A stretch of DNA of 64,000 bases from Hypanus sabinus (GCF_030144855.1 NC_082721.1:82894001-82958000); one strand, 5' to 3'. Positions 12,411-26,160 are shown, counted from the stretch's first letter. Numbers and translations are program-made. Notes: generated by a model from the letters alone, not told the origin.

Positions 12411-13879
12411 CATTTCTGAACTATTACTTGCACAATGTTTTTGTCTTAGATTTCATAACCGTCTTTCAGAGCTGAGTTGGATAATGTTTGGGAACTTTCT
12501 TTAATGGTTTGAGTGCCCTTGTGCACATCCAGGTATCAAAGTGTTCGCAGATCTGAAAATGTCTCTTTCTGCCGATGGGGGGAGGTTTCTCTACTCTGAC
12601 CATATGAGAACATCAGTACCCTATGGTTGGCAATGGTTCCACAGGCTCACGGCTGACTTCAACACAAAACAAACTCTTTGATTCTGACCTGCACGTAAAC
12701 TCCCAGCACTCTTCCCTCATGGTTGCCAGCTCCGATTACAGTGAAGGCAACTGCACTGGGCTAAGTTCCTGTTACAAGCCTGGGTTGATAGGCAGGTTCC
12801 TCATCTCATCAGATCCACATGTGCACACTGCGCTTAACAGTAAATTCAAAGTGAGATCTGAATTTCAGACTCCAACGTCTGCCTTTGAATTTGTTTAATG
12901 TTTTGAACTCACAAAATGTAACATTGGCATCAAAGTGTTTTTAAATTAACATGAAGCGTCCTTACACTTGTTAAAGCACAATAAGATGTTTGAACTAAAA
13001 AAAAGACAGCAAGTAAGAGAATGCAGCCCAGCACTCGCAGTGATGGTGAGTTTGAAAAAAGGCCATTAATGGAAGAATTCAGTGTTCATAAAGTGTGAGA
13101 ACTGAGTGATAATAATCATTAAAAATAAGAAATGGCTGGCTATTTCAGAAAGATCAACTTGTTGGATTACACAACAGGTAATTGGCTAATGTATACTGAG
13201 CTATTTTAATAGTATTTTGAAACAAATGAAATAGCCAATGAGAAATGTGTACCAATTTTGTTAAGTGCATTGAGTTTCAAGGCATACAGTTTGCTTCAAA
13301 GTTTACTGCTCCAACTAAACCAGCCAAACTGACCCTTCCTGATGTTGTCAAAGTAATGCAGGAACTCTTGAAACCAAAGCTATTGTTGATTGTAGAATGT
13401 TTTGGTTTTCAGAACGGGAATCAAAAAGAAGGGGAGTTCTTTTCAGCAGATGCGGCAGAATTGAAGAGGTTGTCTGAGCATTGACAGTTTGGTAATTGGC
13501 TTAATGGTGCGCTAAGAGATTGTTTAGGTTGTAGAATCTTAAAAGAAAGCATTTTAATACTGCTCCTAACTGAAGCACAGCTTGTATTTGAAAGTGCAGT
13601 TGAAATGGCTGTTTTAATGGAAACTGCAGACAATGATGCAAGTGAGTTGCACTCGGGAAGGAAAGTGAGCATGAATAACTTTGCAGCGTCGATACAGAAA
13701 CCAGCCTGATCAAACAAGTTATGTTACTGTTGTGGCAGGGGCTCATATACACCAAACAAATCCAGAGTTAAAGGCCAAACTCACAGAAAATGCAACAATT
13801 AGGTCAAATACAAACAGCATATTGGATAGACAAAAGTAAATGGATTGCACAGGAAAGAGACAAAGATAAAAAGTCAGAC

Positions 13880-13948
13880 GTCTCAAGATGGCGCTTATAG
13901 AGGTCTCAAGATGGCACTTATAGAGGTCTCAAGATGGCGCTTATGGAG
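13880..13948 (+). promoter_or_regulatory. Three tandem 23-bp monomers with a YY1-like CAAGATGGC core at the L1 5' end
   Basis: GTCTCAAGATGGCGCTTATAGAG x3 (13880, 13903, 13926), with one substitution each in the second and third copies. The YY1 role is inferred from mammalian L1 promoters. Confidence 0.7.
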
Positions 13949-14095
13949 TAAACCACTTTTGGCTTTGCTCCAAACCTTTTACGTCTTTTTAACCTACAAA
14001 CACCCCTTAAATGATCTTTTTTTACTTATTCTAAAGGGGTTTAAGTATATAGAATTTTTCTTTTTAACTATTCGATCTATTTTCAACTCGCTGAA

Positions 14096-14861
14096 ATGTC
14101 TAAAGCAAAAGAATCGAAACAGACGAAAGAACCGATAACTTTAGAAACTATTGTAAAGCTTATAGAAGATAAATTTGCGGGTCTGGAGAGAAAAATTACC
14201 GAACAGCTTTTTGCATTTGATGAGCGTTTAAAATCATTTGAAGGAGAACTTAAAACGCTTTCACTGGAACTACAAAAACAACAAGCAAGTATTTTGGTAC
14301 TTGAAGAAGCCGCTCGGGAGAAAGAACATATTATCGAAACTTTGAAACAAGAGCACGCTTCGACTTCTCAACAGATGGATCGTTATAAATCTAAAATTAT
14401 TGATCTTGAAAATCGCTCTCGAAGGCAAAATCTTCGGCTAATTGGGATTCCGGAAAAGTTTGAGAGCGGTGATCTTACCGTTGTCTTTTCTATACTTCTA
14501 ATGGATGTCTTCTCCAATAATCGATCGTGCTCACCGTATCTCTCGCTATCATTCTGATTCAGACAAACCATGGCATGTAATTTTCCGGATCCATTACCCT
14601 CATATCAAAGAGCGACTGATTCAAGCCGCTCGGAAAAAGGGTATGATTAATTTTCAAGAATTCAAATTTCGTATTTTGGAAGATTATAGCCCTGAAGTTT
14701 TAAGGGCAAGAATGGCTTTTAGACCAGTTATGTCTAAATTTCACCAGGAAGGCTACAAGCAAGCGTTGTTATTTCCAGCACATCTGAGAGTTACTTCTGG
14801 AGACGGAACTGTTCGGCTGTTTAAATCTCCAGCGGACACTCGAAGTTTTTTGGAACAATGA
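14096..14861 (+). pseudogene. L1 ORF1p (coiled coil, RRM, CTD), one frameshift near 14505-14515
   Basis: LENRSRRQNLRLIGIPE and IIDRAHR...RILEDYSPEV...LLFPAHLRV motifs lie in two overlapping frames. Confidence 0.9.
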
Positions 14862-15646
14862 CACTCTATTGCATTGACTAATGTAATAATTAGTCTATAA
14901 ATATCGATCTCTTACAGAATGATGGGTTTTTTTTAGGTATGGCTGACATGTATTTTTTATATATTGTAAAAGTTCTCTTTTTTTTGGTCTATTCTGATTT
15001 TATTATTTTTTTATATTTTACTAATCTATTAACCTTGAAAATAACTGATTAGGGTTCCTTTTTTAGGTTTGTATAAGCTTTTTTTATATTTTTAACATTT
15101 AAATATTAAGATTTTTAAAAAATAATAATAATAAAATGGCGTTTCTTCTTCCCGACAGACTTTAGTGCCTGGAACGTCATATTCGTTTTGATGAGTTTGA
15201 AAGTTTTAAATTCTCATTTAAAATACTATTTCAGTTGTATTTATTTATGGGTTTTATCAATTTAATTTTTAACCCTTTTTATATATATATAATACTAATT
15301 TTATATTTTAACTTTTGTTATATTAATCCTTTTTTATAATATTGGTTGTTTGTATTTTTTTCAATTTTTTTTGTCTGAGTTGCCGTCTTGAGACACGAAG
15401 GCCTGCTTGCCTCTTTTTGGCTTTTTTCCTGGGGTTTTGAGGGTGGAGGGAGCGGGATTTTTCTTTTTCTTTTTTTTCTTTTTGCTTGCTTTTTGCATAG
15501 TTTTATTTCATGGGCCTATATGAAACTACAAAAATGGTTGCAGTGCCGTGACTTCTGGTTTCTCCTTGAACTCACTTCCTTCTTCCGGGTTCATGAGTTC
15601 ACTTTTTTTTTAAACTTATGTGTTAACTGTAATAAATATTGTCAAT

Positions 15647-18600
15647 ATGGATAGGATTATTAATTTTGTTTCTTGGAATACTAATGGTTTAAATCATCCG
15701 ATCAAACGGAAAAAAATATTCGAAGTATTCCATAGAATGAATGCTAATGTTATTTTTGTGCAGGAGACTCATGTAAGGAAGGTGGATAGTCAACGTTTTT
15801 TTTTAGGTTTTGGAAGGGCCAACAGTATCACGCAAATTCGCAAGCCAAAGTAACAGGTGTTTCTATTTTTATAGACTCATCAACTTCTTTTATACATCAT
15901 GAAACAATTTCAGATCCACAAGGTAGATTTTTGCTTATTACTGGTCTACTTTTCAATCAAAAAGTTGTTCTAGTTAACGTTCATGCTCCAAATACTGATT
16001 GTCCTGAATTTTTTAAATGCTTATTTACATCTTTTCCTAATCTGAATCAATATAGACTGATAATGGGTGGGGATTTTAACTGTTGTTTAAACCCTGTGAT
16101 GGATAAATCCAAGCCTACCCAAACTCTTCCGAATAAATCGGCTTCTCTTATTAACTCTTTTATGATTGATTCAGCTATTTGTGAAATTTGGCGTTTTCTT
16201 CACCCTAATAACAAAGAGTTTTCATACTTTTCCCATGTGTATCATAATTACTCAAGAATTGATTACTTTTTCATTGATCACTATTTACTCACAGACGTTA
16301 CTGATTGTAAATATGATTGTATTACCATATCTGACCATGCACCTCTGAAGTTATCTATTAAAATAACGGATTCATATGTCAATACTAAATTTTGGAGGTT
16401 TAATCCTATTTTATTGCAGGATTTAGATTTTGTTAACTTTATTAAACAACAAATTGATTTTTTCGCAACAAATTCTACAGTAGAGATCTCTAGTGGAATT
16501 TTGTGGGATACTTTTAAAGCATATATTCGTGGACAGATTATTTCATACTCTGCTGGAGTTAGGAAACGAACTAATTCTAAAATATTAACATTAGTTGATA
16601 AAATCAAGGCAATTGATAAAATTTATTCAATGACTCCAAGTAAAGAACTTTATAAAGAAAGAGTGGAACTTCAAATGGAACATAGTTTATTATTATCCTC
16701 TTCGATTGAAAGTCAGTTAATTAAATCAAAAACTCAATTCTATATGCATGGAGATAAGTCTGGTAAATTATTGGCTAACCAATTGAAAATTGTTTCGGAT
16801 AAACAACAGATTACTAGAATTCGTAAACAAGATGGTACTCTGACGATCGATCACAAAGAGATAAATAGAGCCTTTCAAGATTTTTATAACTCCTTATATC
16901 AATCAGAATTCACTAAGGACTCTTCTATAATAAACGAATTTTTAAGGAAATTGAATATTCCAAAAATAACTGTTGAGGATAATGTAATTTTAGATACACC
17001 TATTACGGAATCTGAAATAGAAAAGGCTATTTCTTTAATGAATTCTGGTAAAGCTTCTGGTCCAGATGGTTTTCCTGTAGAATTTTTTAAATCTTTTTCT
17101 TCTATACTTTCTCCTTGGCTTTGTAAAATTTTTGAAGATGTATTAATTGTAGATAAACTACCACAATCTTTTTATGAAGCTTCTATTTCTTTAATTCTTA
17201 AAAAAGATAAAGACCCTACTGAATGTGCATCCTATCGACCTATATCCTTATTAAATACGGATTTTAAGATTTTCAGTAAAATTTTGGCTACTAGATTAGA
17301 AAATATATTACCTCGAATTATTTCTGAAGATCAGACTGGATTTATTAAAAATCGCTATTCATCTTTTAACATGAGAAAATTAATTAATATTATTTATACT
17401 TCTTCATCTAAAATACCAGAATGTGTTATATCTTTAGATGCTGAAAAAGCATTTGACAGAGTTGAATGGCCATATTTATTTACTACAATGCAACAATTTA
17501 ATTTTAGTTCAAAATTTATATCATGGATTAAATTAATATACCATAAACCTTTAGCTTCGGTTTTTACCAATAATCAAAGATCCCCTTTTTTTCAGTTATT
17601 TCGTGGTACGAGGCAAGGTTGCCCTTTAAGTCCTTTACTATTTGACATTGCTTTAGAACCGTTGGCTATAGCTATTCGGGAATCACCTAATATTCTGGGT
17701 ATTACCCGTGGGGAGAGGACGTATAAAGTATCATTGTACGCTGATGATTTGTTATTATATATATCTGACCCTGAAATATCTATCCCTGCTATTTCGTCTT
17801 TGCTTGCTCTATTTAGTAATTTTTCTGGTTATAAATTGAATTTTAATAAGAGTGAACTATTTCCATTAAATATGCAAGTTCCAATTTATAAAGATTTACC
17901 ATATAAAATTGTTACAGATTATTTTACTTACCTAGGTATTAAAATTACTAAAAAACATAAAGATCTATTTAAGGTTAACTTTTTACCTTTAATTGATCAT
18001 ATTAAGCAACTTGCTATTAGGTGGTCTCCACTATCTTTGTCATTGGTTGGTAGAGTTAATGCTATTAAGATGATGATACTACCTAAATTCTTATATTAAT
18101 TTCAAGCATTACCAATTTTTATTCCTAAAGCTTTTTTTGATACTATTGACTCTAAAATATCTTCTTATTTGTGGCAGAACAAAAAGCCTAGATTGGGTAA
18201 AAAATATTTACAGAAGCCTAAGAAGGAGGGCGGCTTGGCTTTACCAAATTTAAGATTTTACTATTGGGCAGTCAATATACGGTATTTAATATTCTGGACA
18301 CAAGAATGGACTATAGCTATTTGCCCACAATGGGTAAATTTGGAATATAAATCTGTGCAAGATTTTTCATTGATTTCAATCTTAGGATCTTCACTTCCTT
18401 TTTCTTTATTCAAATTGAATAAACAGATAACTAATCCTATAGTCAGATATACATTACGAATTTGGTTTCAATTTCGTAAATTTTTTGGTTTGAATAAATT
18501 TATTTTATCATGTCCTATAATATCTAATTATTTTTTTCGGCCTTCATCTATGGATCAAGCTTTTCTTTTATGGAAAACAAAAGGTATAACATGTTTTCGT

Positions 18601-19425
18601 GATCTGTTTCTGGATGATAACATTATGTCCTTTGAACAGCTATCTAATAAATATAATTTACCTAAAACCCATTTTTTTAGATATTTGCAAGTTAGAAATT
18701 TTTTGTATAATGAGTTACAGTCTTTTTCCAAAGAATGTCCATTGGACATTACAGATAGAATTTTAGCTCTTAATCCTTATCAAAAGGGTTTAGTAGCCAT
18801 CATTTATAAGATGATCATGAATTTACAGTTAGATGTATCAGAAAAAATTAAGAAGGAATGGCAAGAAGAGTTGCATTGTCTTATATCTACTGAGCAATGG
18901 GAAAAAATTTTATTATTGGTAAATTCGTCCTCTATCTGTGCTAAACATGCCCTAATACAATTTAAGGTTGTACATAGAGCTCATATGTCTAAGGATAAAC
19001 TGGCTCGATTTTATTCTCATCTTAACTCAACCTGTGATAGATGTCATTCTGATGTTGCTTCATTGACTCATATGTTCTGGTCTTGTCCTTGTTTACAAAA
19101 TTATTGGAAAGATATCTTCAGTATTATTTCAAAAGTCTTAAAAATTAATTTTCAACCACATCCTCTTACTGCAATTTTCAGTTTACCAATGACGGATAAT
19201 AATCGTTTATCTGCTTCATCTCAACGAATGATTGCATTTGTTACATTAATGGCTAGATCTATATTATTGAATTGGAAAGAAGTTAATCCTCCAACTGTAT
19301 TTCAGTGGTTTTCTCAAACTATTTCTTGTTTGAGTTTAGAAAAGATTAGAAGTGTGGTTTTTGAACCTTCAGTTAAATTTGAAGAAATTTGGAGACCTTT
19401 TATTCAACATTTTCACATGAGTTGA
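15647..19425 (+). pseudogene. L1 ORF2p (APE endonuclease, RT, CCHC), one frameshift and one nonsense codon
   Basis: SWNTNGLN, QETH, GGDFN, SRIDYF, SDHAP, SLDAEKAFDRV, RQGCPLSP, YADD and CDRC...HMFWSC are all present. Frameshift in the T9 run at 15796-15804 and in-frame TAA at 18097-99 (KFLY*FQ). Confidence 0.95.
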
Positions 19426-20451
19426 ATTGTCTTTTCCTAAACCTTACTTATATTATCCTTAATCAATTGGATGGAGGTTCGGAGTTATTGGCACTACTGT
19501 ATATGTACTTAATATTATTCAATGGCCCATGTTGGTTAGTGTTTCTTTTTTGTTTTTTTTTTCTCTCTTCTTTTGGGGGACTTTTTCCTTTTTTTTCTTT
19601 ATACTTCTTTGTTCATTATTGTTCTGGGTTTAAGAGGTTATATATTTTTATTATTACATATCTGAATGTCTATTTAAACTATTAATTATGTACTCTCAAA
19701 CATTTTGTATTCATGTTTCATTTATGTATGTTTAAAACTAATAAAAAGATTTAAAAATAAATAAATAAATAGAAAATAAAAGAAAGAAAGATAAAAAGTC
19801 AATTTTAATTCCAAAAAGAGCACCAGTCTATGTGTTGTTGATGAAAAATGTGATCGTGATGAGAGTGAGCTATGTAGGCTTGAAATTTACAGTGTGTAAA
19901 CAAACAACAGACAGCGATATGGTTTACACCAAAAGTGAAAGGAAAGTTTATGAAACTGGAATGAGATACTGGCTCAGCTGTTTCAATCATTTCACATAGT
20001 AAATTTGAACAATATTTCAAAGACACTGAACTGAAGACTGCAGATTTCCAACCAAGAATTTTGTACTGAAGAGATTATTCCTGTGAGAAAGATGTTATCC
20101 CATAAGAGTAGGAAAGCCTCCACGGCATTCTAAAATGATTATCTCATCATGGTCTTGTTGTTTCTGGGTGGTTTTAGTATGTTTATTGATTTCTGAATTT
20201 CTCACAACAGATTCTCTTCAAAAATCTATTTATTAGCCGTAAAACACTGTAAGATATTGGGAAATTCATACAGAGATGTAAGTCAATTTTGAACATGAGG
20301 ATGCGGAAATGAATATCAGGCATGAGGATTGAGTGGCAAATATGAGAAAGCAGGGAAAATGTGTGTTTTAAAAATAATCAATAGTCTTATAAATCAGTAT
20401 TTCTGTTCAATTGTCCTGACTTGTATAACTACCTTTCTGATTATTTTATTA

Positions 20452-20567
20452 ATTCATCCGTATTACCAACATGGATAATTTCAGTAGTTTTACCATTGGC
20501 AATTGTTGGAATCCTCATTGCTCTATCATTGATCATCTGCAAGAAATGCAGACACCAAAGGCAATGA
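20452..20567 (+). CDS. Copy A transmembrane and cytoplasmic exon (acceptor mutated)
   Basis: Reads SSVLPTWIISVVLPLAIVGILIALSLIICKKCRHQRQ*. Homologous to 44175-44290, but tatag| is replaced by tatta|. Confidence 0.75.
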
Positions 20568-23500
20568 GCTGGGAGTCTCATTTAGAGAAGCAATGCTGGG
20601 AATGTAATGTAATGCACAAGTGTTTAAGACAAGAATATTCAATATGAATGGCATAACATGCCGATTGTAGACATATATTCTAATGATGGTGTATTCTTAT
20701 TGAGGGAAGCTTCTGACTGCAGCATTAATACGTAGCCACACTGTAACTGCTTATTGCTGAGAATGGTCTGCTTTGGGGGTCCAGTCTGAACCCATGTGTT
20801 ACAATGATCCCCACAGACTCTGGGTCATCACTTGACAATTGGAACAGCAATGCAAGCCAATGCGGTTACAATTGTCCTGCACAACAATGGGAATGAGGTT
20901 TGGATCAAAGACATTCCTGATTTACTTTGAGCTCTATTAACACATCCTGGATTCATGCAAGTGGCAAAAATCTGATGTCAGTTTGACTGCAGATTAGTTC
21001 AATATATTCTCGCTATTTTTTACTGAATTGCAATGTTATATTTTCTACCTTTCAGTTTACTGAGGCAGTTCCAGATTCGCGGGCATTTTGGGATATCATA
21101 AAAATGTACCGTTATCTCTGCAGCCAATTCTTGAACTTCTCTGGATAAAGACTGTCAGGCCAGAAGGACTGGCCAGTTTTCAGTCACTCTCTCCATTCAT
21201 TCCCTAGTGATGTTAATTACGTTAAGGTCGTCAGGATCCTTTTCAATCCCCCTTCCTCATGCGAGTACCAGGCTCAATTCTTCTAGAAGGAGCTGGCAAA
21301 AATGTTATTGCAATGATACAATGAGTCTTGATCAAGATGTTAGATCTATCTAGTGGGGGGCAGGGGGCTTTGGGGTTCTTAGTTTCTTCTCTGTCTTTCA
21401 TTCTTTAGGGGTTTTCTTCTGTTTCAAGGATGTCTGTGAAGAGTAAGAATTTCAGGTTGTATGGTGTAAACGTTCTCTGATATTAAATGGAACCATTAAA
21501 CCATTGAACCCTCACCCCTCCCCTTCAAATCCCTCAAATGCTGTAACCCTTCCCCCACCCTTGCTATCAACCCCCATGATCTCTCTATATTCCCTTCACC
21601 ATCCTTGTTCCATCCACACACAGTTGGCCCACAGACTCAGCCTCTCTTCCTTATCTGGTCCTCTATCTGCCATTCACCTCCCCACTAATAGATCCAAATC
21701 TCAACTCCTTGCTTATAAGCCACCAGTACTGGTGGCCCTTTGTGTTCTTGCTTATCTACCTTCTGTACCTGTCTCCATAATCCCCTCCTCCCACCTTGCT
21801 CCACCTGCCCCTCAATTTGTCCCCTCTCTTTTTCTGCCTCCATCCAATTCACCTGCCATTGTCTCCTAACTCCACTCCAATCTTTTCCCTCCTCGACCTT
21901 GTGTAGCTGTCTATCATCTTCCACCTTGTCAGCTCACTAATCACTTTGGTCTGTCTCATCACTCCTCCTGAGGGAGCATCTCACTTCTCCCACTCTGACA
22001 CGATGAAGGGCTTCACTCAAAGCAACACCATTTCCTTTTCTCCCATTGATTTTGCTTGAACGTCCTGCAGCTTTCTTCTGGTTGAATGTCTGATGCAGGC
22101 TGTTATTATTTTACTTTCTTCTTTCTCTTTTTATTCTTGTTCTAAATACTCCCTTTTTATCTTATCTTGGTCAATATTCCTGCTTCCTAAGCTGCTTTCA
22201 GTCCTCAGGCTTATAGATTCTTGGGACATCTGTGCTTTTTGAGAAGCTTCTCTGAGGAACTTGCAAAAGTTGAAAATATTTGATGCATAAGTTGGTTACT
22301 CTGTATTACATATTGTCTTTACTGTAACAGTAAAAAATTCTGACATATAAAAATAATGTGAATCTTTTCCTGTTCTCATGAAGTTCTGTGTATTTTATTA
22401 AGGTCCTGTCCAGAGATGAGTGTGTTTAATAGGCTGATTGATTAGAGTTCAAGGGCGTGCATGTCCTTGTATGGGTGAAATGTAAAACATGGGAAGCATT
22501 GGTGAGCTTGAGTGACAAGAGTTAATAAATGTATAGTGAAAAATAAAGGGAACATAAGTAAGGTTTTGGAAGCTGAAATCAGACAAAGCCCTTGAGAAAA
22601 TAAAGGAAGTAGGAAAGAAATTCGATCACAAATTTGGAGAATTACAAAGGGCCAAGAAGTGTCCTTGCCAAGTAGGATTAAGGAGAATCTCAAGGCACTT
22701 TATAGGTGCATTGTAAATCAAAAGTGTAGGTCCAATTCTGGACAATAGAGGACATTTCGAGAACTAGCACAAATTATCTGCATCACTCCCTCAAAAAATC
22801 CAGTCAAACTTGTGAGAGTGGACCTCCGCATGAGAAAGCCAGGCTGACCATCACTAATAAGTCTATCTTTTACCAAATCAACATACTCCCCCCTAATCTT
22901 ACCATCATCTATGATCTTCTCCCTGGTAAACACCAATGAAAAGTTCTCATTGTGGACCTCATCCATTTCTCCTGCCTTTGTGACCAAATGCCCTCCGTTG
23001 TCTATGATTGCACATAACTTTTTGACTCCTACCACCTTGCTTCCAATTCTTTGAGGAATGCTACTTTTTGGGTGCATATGAATTTTCTTGCTGCAGTTTG
23101 ATCAATATTTTTTGTGTTAATCAAGGGTCAGAAGCAATGATGTCACAAAACAGTGTTTCATGCCAACTGGTGTGGTATAGTTCTACAAGTAGGTACATTG
23201 GAATATCACCTCCTTCAGATTCTCCCCACCCCCATGTCAGAGGCCACCTTGACATGGGAACCCACTGCCATTGACCATCATCACTGTGAGAACCTGCTGT
23301 GGAGGTCTGGGAGGGAATCTTCACCAGAGGATTGTAGCAGCTCAGAGAGCTGCCTGACCACCGCCTCTCAAGGCAAATTAAGAATGGACAAAGTTGCTGG
23401 TCTTTCTAATTAGAAAATTCAATGAAGTTAACAAAGAATCCAGCTTTTTACTCTCTGCCTGGATTAAACCTGTAATTTGTACTGAGACTAACTGGTTCAA

Positions 23501-24519
23501 CTCAACAAGTTTTGATGGGCTGATGCTTACGCCATCCATCGGTCTCATTTCCAGTACTCAAAGTTTAGCATCTACATTGTGGAAAGGTATGGATCATAAG
23601 CTCTTGTAATACTTTGCAGTGTTTGCACAGTGTGGCAGGGTGGAGCAGAGAAAAACTGAAGATGGAATGGTAGCCCTGGCCTGAGAGACCAAATGTCCTC
23701 CACCTGCCATGAATTGTCCTCAGCATTGGGAGCTGGCAGCTAGGAGGAGCACTGGGCAGATCTGCATGGGGCACGGTAAGAAGATGAAAGGAATATACTC
23801 CTTTACACAATTACAAAGATAGCCTCCTCCGCTAATCTGGTATTAATTCATGCAATGCATTTACAGGTCTTTCTTCTTTGACTGCTCCTGGAGCTGTGGA
23901 CATGTTGCTTCCACTCTTTCCTGTGGGTTCTATGATGGTCAGTGATGCTAATGAGGGATGTCCAGAGTCTGCCACAGTCAGCCCAAGACACTGCTCAAAC
24001 AGAAGCGATCAGTGCACAGTGCATTGAGGGAGCACATGGTAAAACAATATCTGAATGCGGAATAAAGGGAACAACTACAGAGAGAGTGTACAGAAGAGTA
24101 AAAAGAGTATAAGATCATAAAGGGGTGGAGTACAGTTCAACTTATCATACTAGGGCATTAATTTTCTTAAACACTGGGTTAGGCAGGATCTGGCCACATG
24201 CCATGAGTGTGCAGGGAGTGTAGAGGAGGGGACTGAGGATGGAACTTTGTGAAGCAACCCACACAGAATACTGAAGGAACTCAGCAGGTCAGGCATCAGC
24301 TATGGTTATGGAGAAGCAATTGATGTTTCAGGATGAAGTACTTCTGTTGGACTAGAAAGAAAGAGGGAAGAAGCCAGACTAAGTGGTTCAGGGAGAGGGG
24401 ATGTATACTAGCTAGAAGCGAGATGGGTGGAGAATGGGAAAATGGAGTGAGATGCTGACAGGTGACAGGTGGGAAAGGTAAAGGGCTGAAGAATGAGGAA
24501 TCTGATAGGACAGCAGAGA

Positions 24520-26160
24520 GCACACCTGCTCTAAAGGTTAACTTGCAGGTTAAGTCAGTGGTGAGGAAGTTATATGCAATGTTAACATTCATTTCAAGAG
24601 GACAAGAATATAAAAACAAGGATGGATTGCTGAGAATTTATAAGGCACTGGTGAGGCCTCACTTGGGGTATCATGAGCAATTTTGGGCCCTTTATCGAAA
24701 GAAAAGTTGTGCTGACATTGGAGAGGATTCCAGAATGGAAAGAGTTATGTTATCATAAGAAGAATGCTTGATAGCTTTGGGCCTCAACTCACTGGAATTC
24801 AGAAGAGTGAGGGATGACCTCACTGAAAATTATCAAATGTTGAAAGGCATTGGAGGATGTTCCCTATAGCGTGCAGAGGATGTTTCCTATGTGGGGAAGT
24901 CTAAGACCAGAGAATATATATATATATATCAATGATCTGGATGATAATGTGGTAAATTGGATCAGAAAACTTGCTGATGATACAAAGATTGTAGGTGTAG
25001 TGGACAGTGGGGAAGGTTTTCAAAGCTTGCAGAGGGATTTGGACCAGCTGGAAAAATGGGCTGAAAAATGGCAGTTGGAGTTTAACACAGACAAGTGTGA
25101 GGTATTGTGCTTTGGAAGGACAAACTAAGGTAGAACATACAAGGTAAATGGTAGGGCACTGAGGAGTGCAGTAGAACAGAGGGATCTAGGAATACAGATT
25201 CAAACTTCCCTAAAAGTGGTGTCACAGGTAGATAGGGTAGTAAAGAGAGCTTTTGGTACATTGGCCTTTATAAATCTATTGAGTTGGAATGTTATGGTGA
25301 GGTTGTATAAGGCATTGGTGAGGCCGAATTTGGAGTATTGTGTACAGTTTTGGTCTCCAAATTACAAGAAGGATATTAATAAGGTTGAAAGAGTGCAGAG
25401 GAGGTTTACAAGGATGTCGCCGGGACTTGAGAAACTGAGTTACAGAGAAAGGTTGAATAGGTTAGGACTTTATTCCCTGGTGTAGAAGAATGAGGGGTGA
25501 TTTGATAGAGGTGTATAAAATTATGATGGGTATAGATAGAGTGAATGCAAGCAGGCTTTTTCCACTGAGGCTAGGGGAGAAAAAAAAACAGAGGACATGG
25601 GTTAAGGGTGAAGGGGGAGAAGTTTAAAGGGAACGTTAGGGGGGGCTTCTTCACACAGAGAGTGGTGGGAGTGTGGAATGAGCTGCCAGATGAAGTGGTA
25701 AATGTGGGCTCACTTTTAACGTTTAAGAAATACTTGGACAGGTACATGGATGAGAGGTGTATGGAGGAATATGGGCCAGGTGCAGGTCAGTGGGACTAGA
25801 CAGAAAAACAGTTCCACACAGCCAAGAAGGGCCAAAAGGCCTTTTTCTGTGCTGTAATGTTCTATGGTTCTATGGTGCTAATACAGCTTCAGAAGAGAGC
25901 GGCGTCCATTTAGAACGGAGATGAGGAAGAATTTCTTTAGCCAGAGAGAGGTCAATCTGTAGAATTCTTTGCCATATTCGTCGCGATGGAGGGGAAGTGT
26001 TTGGGCGAAGTTAAGGCAGAGATAGATAGGTTGTTGATGAGTCACGGGGAGAAGGCAAGAGACTGTGGGTGAGAGGGAAATTCATTAGCCATGATGAAAT
26101 GTCGGAGCTGAGTCGATGGGCCGAATGGTCTAATTCTGTTCCTATGTCTTATGGTCCTAT
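24520..26160 (+). mobile_element. Nested CR1s: a younger 5'-truncated copy (about 24915-25875) inside an older CR1 3' end
   Basis: YINDLDDNVVNWIRKLADDTKI...; tail ttctatggttctatgg at about 25860. The older element resumes and ends with cttatggtcctatgg. Confidence 0.85.

Larger units (their letters stand above)
13877..19786 (+). mobile_element. Full-length L1 LINE, near-intact
   Basis: 15-bp TSD AAAGATAAAAAGTCA (13862-13876 and 19787-19801). Both ORFs present, AATAAA and an A-rich tail at about 19740-19786. Absent at the orthologous site of copy B. Confidence 0.97.
12830..20110 (+). mobile_element. Older Gypsy remnant (partial 5' LTR, gag, protease), interrupted by L1
   Basis: gag ...APTKPAKLTLPDVVKVMQELLKPK...NQKEGE...ELKRLSEH. 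Continues at 19802 after the L1. Orthologous to 41220-43850 in copy B. Confidence 0.75.
17..20567 (+). pseudogene. ICAM/VCAM-like gene copy A (rearranged; exons 17-83, 2735-3013, 3823-4088, 7909-8190, 20452-20567)
   Basis: Exon-by-exon homology to copies B and C. The D2 exon is absent, D3 is frameshifted, and the TM-exon acceptor AG is replaced by TA (20450-51). SP, D1 and D4 exons are open, so residual coding function is not excluded. Confidence 0.8.

Noticed and set aside
13880-13948. Direct repeats as a CRISPR-like array
   Set aside because: Contiguous monomers with no spacers, in a vertebrate L1 5' UTR.
15796-15804. Programmed ribosomal frameshift in L1 ORF2
   Set aside because: L1 ORF2 is not known to use one, and a homopolymer indel or sequencing error is simpler.
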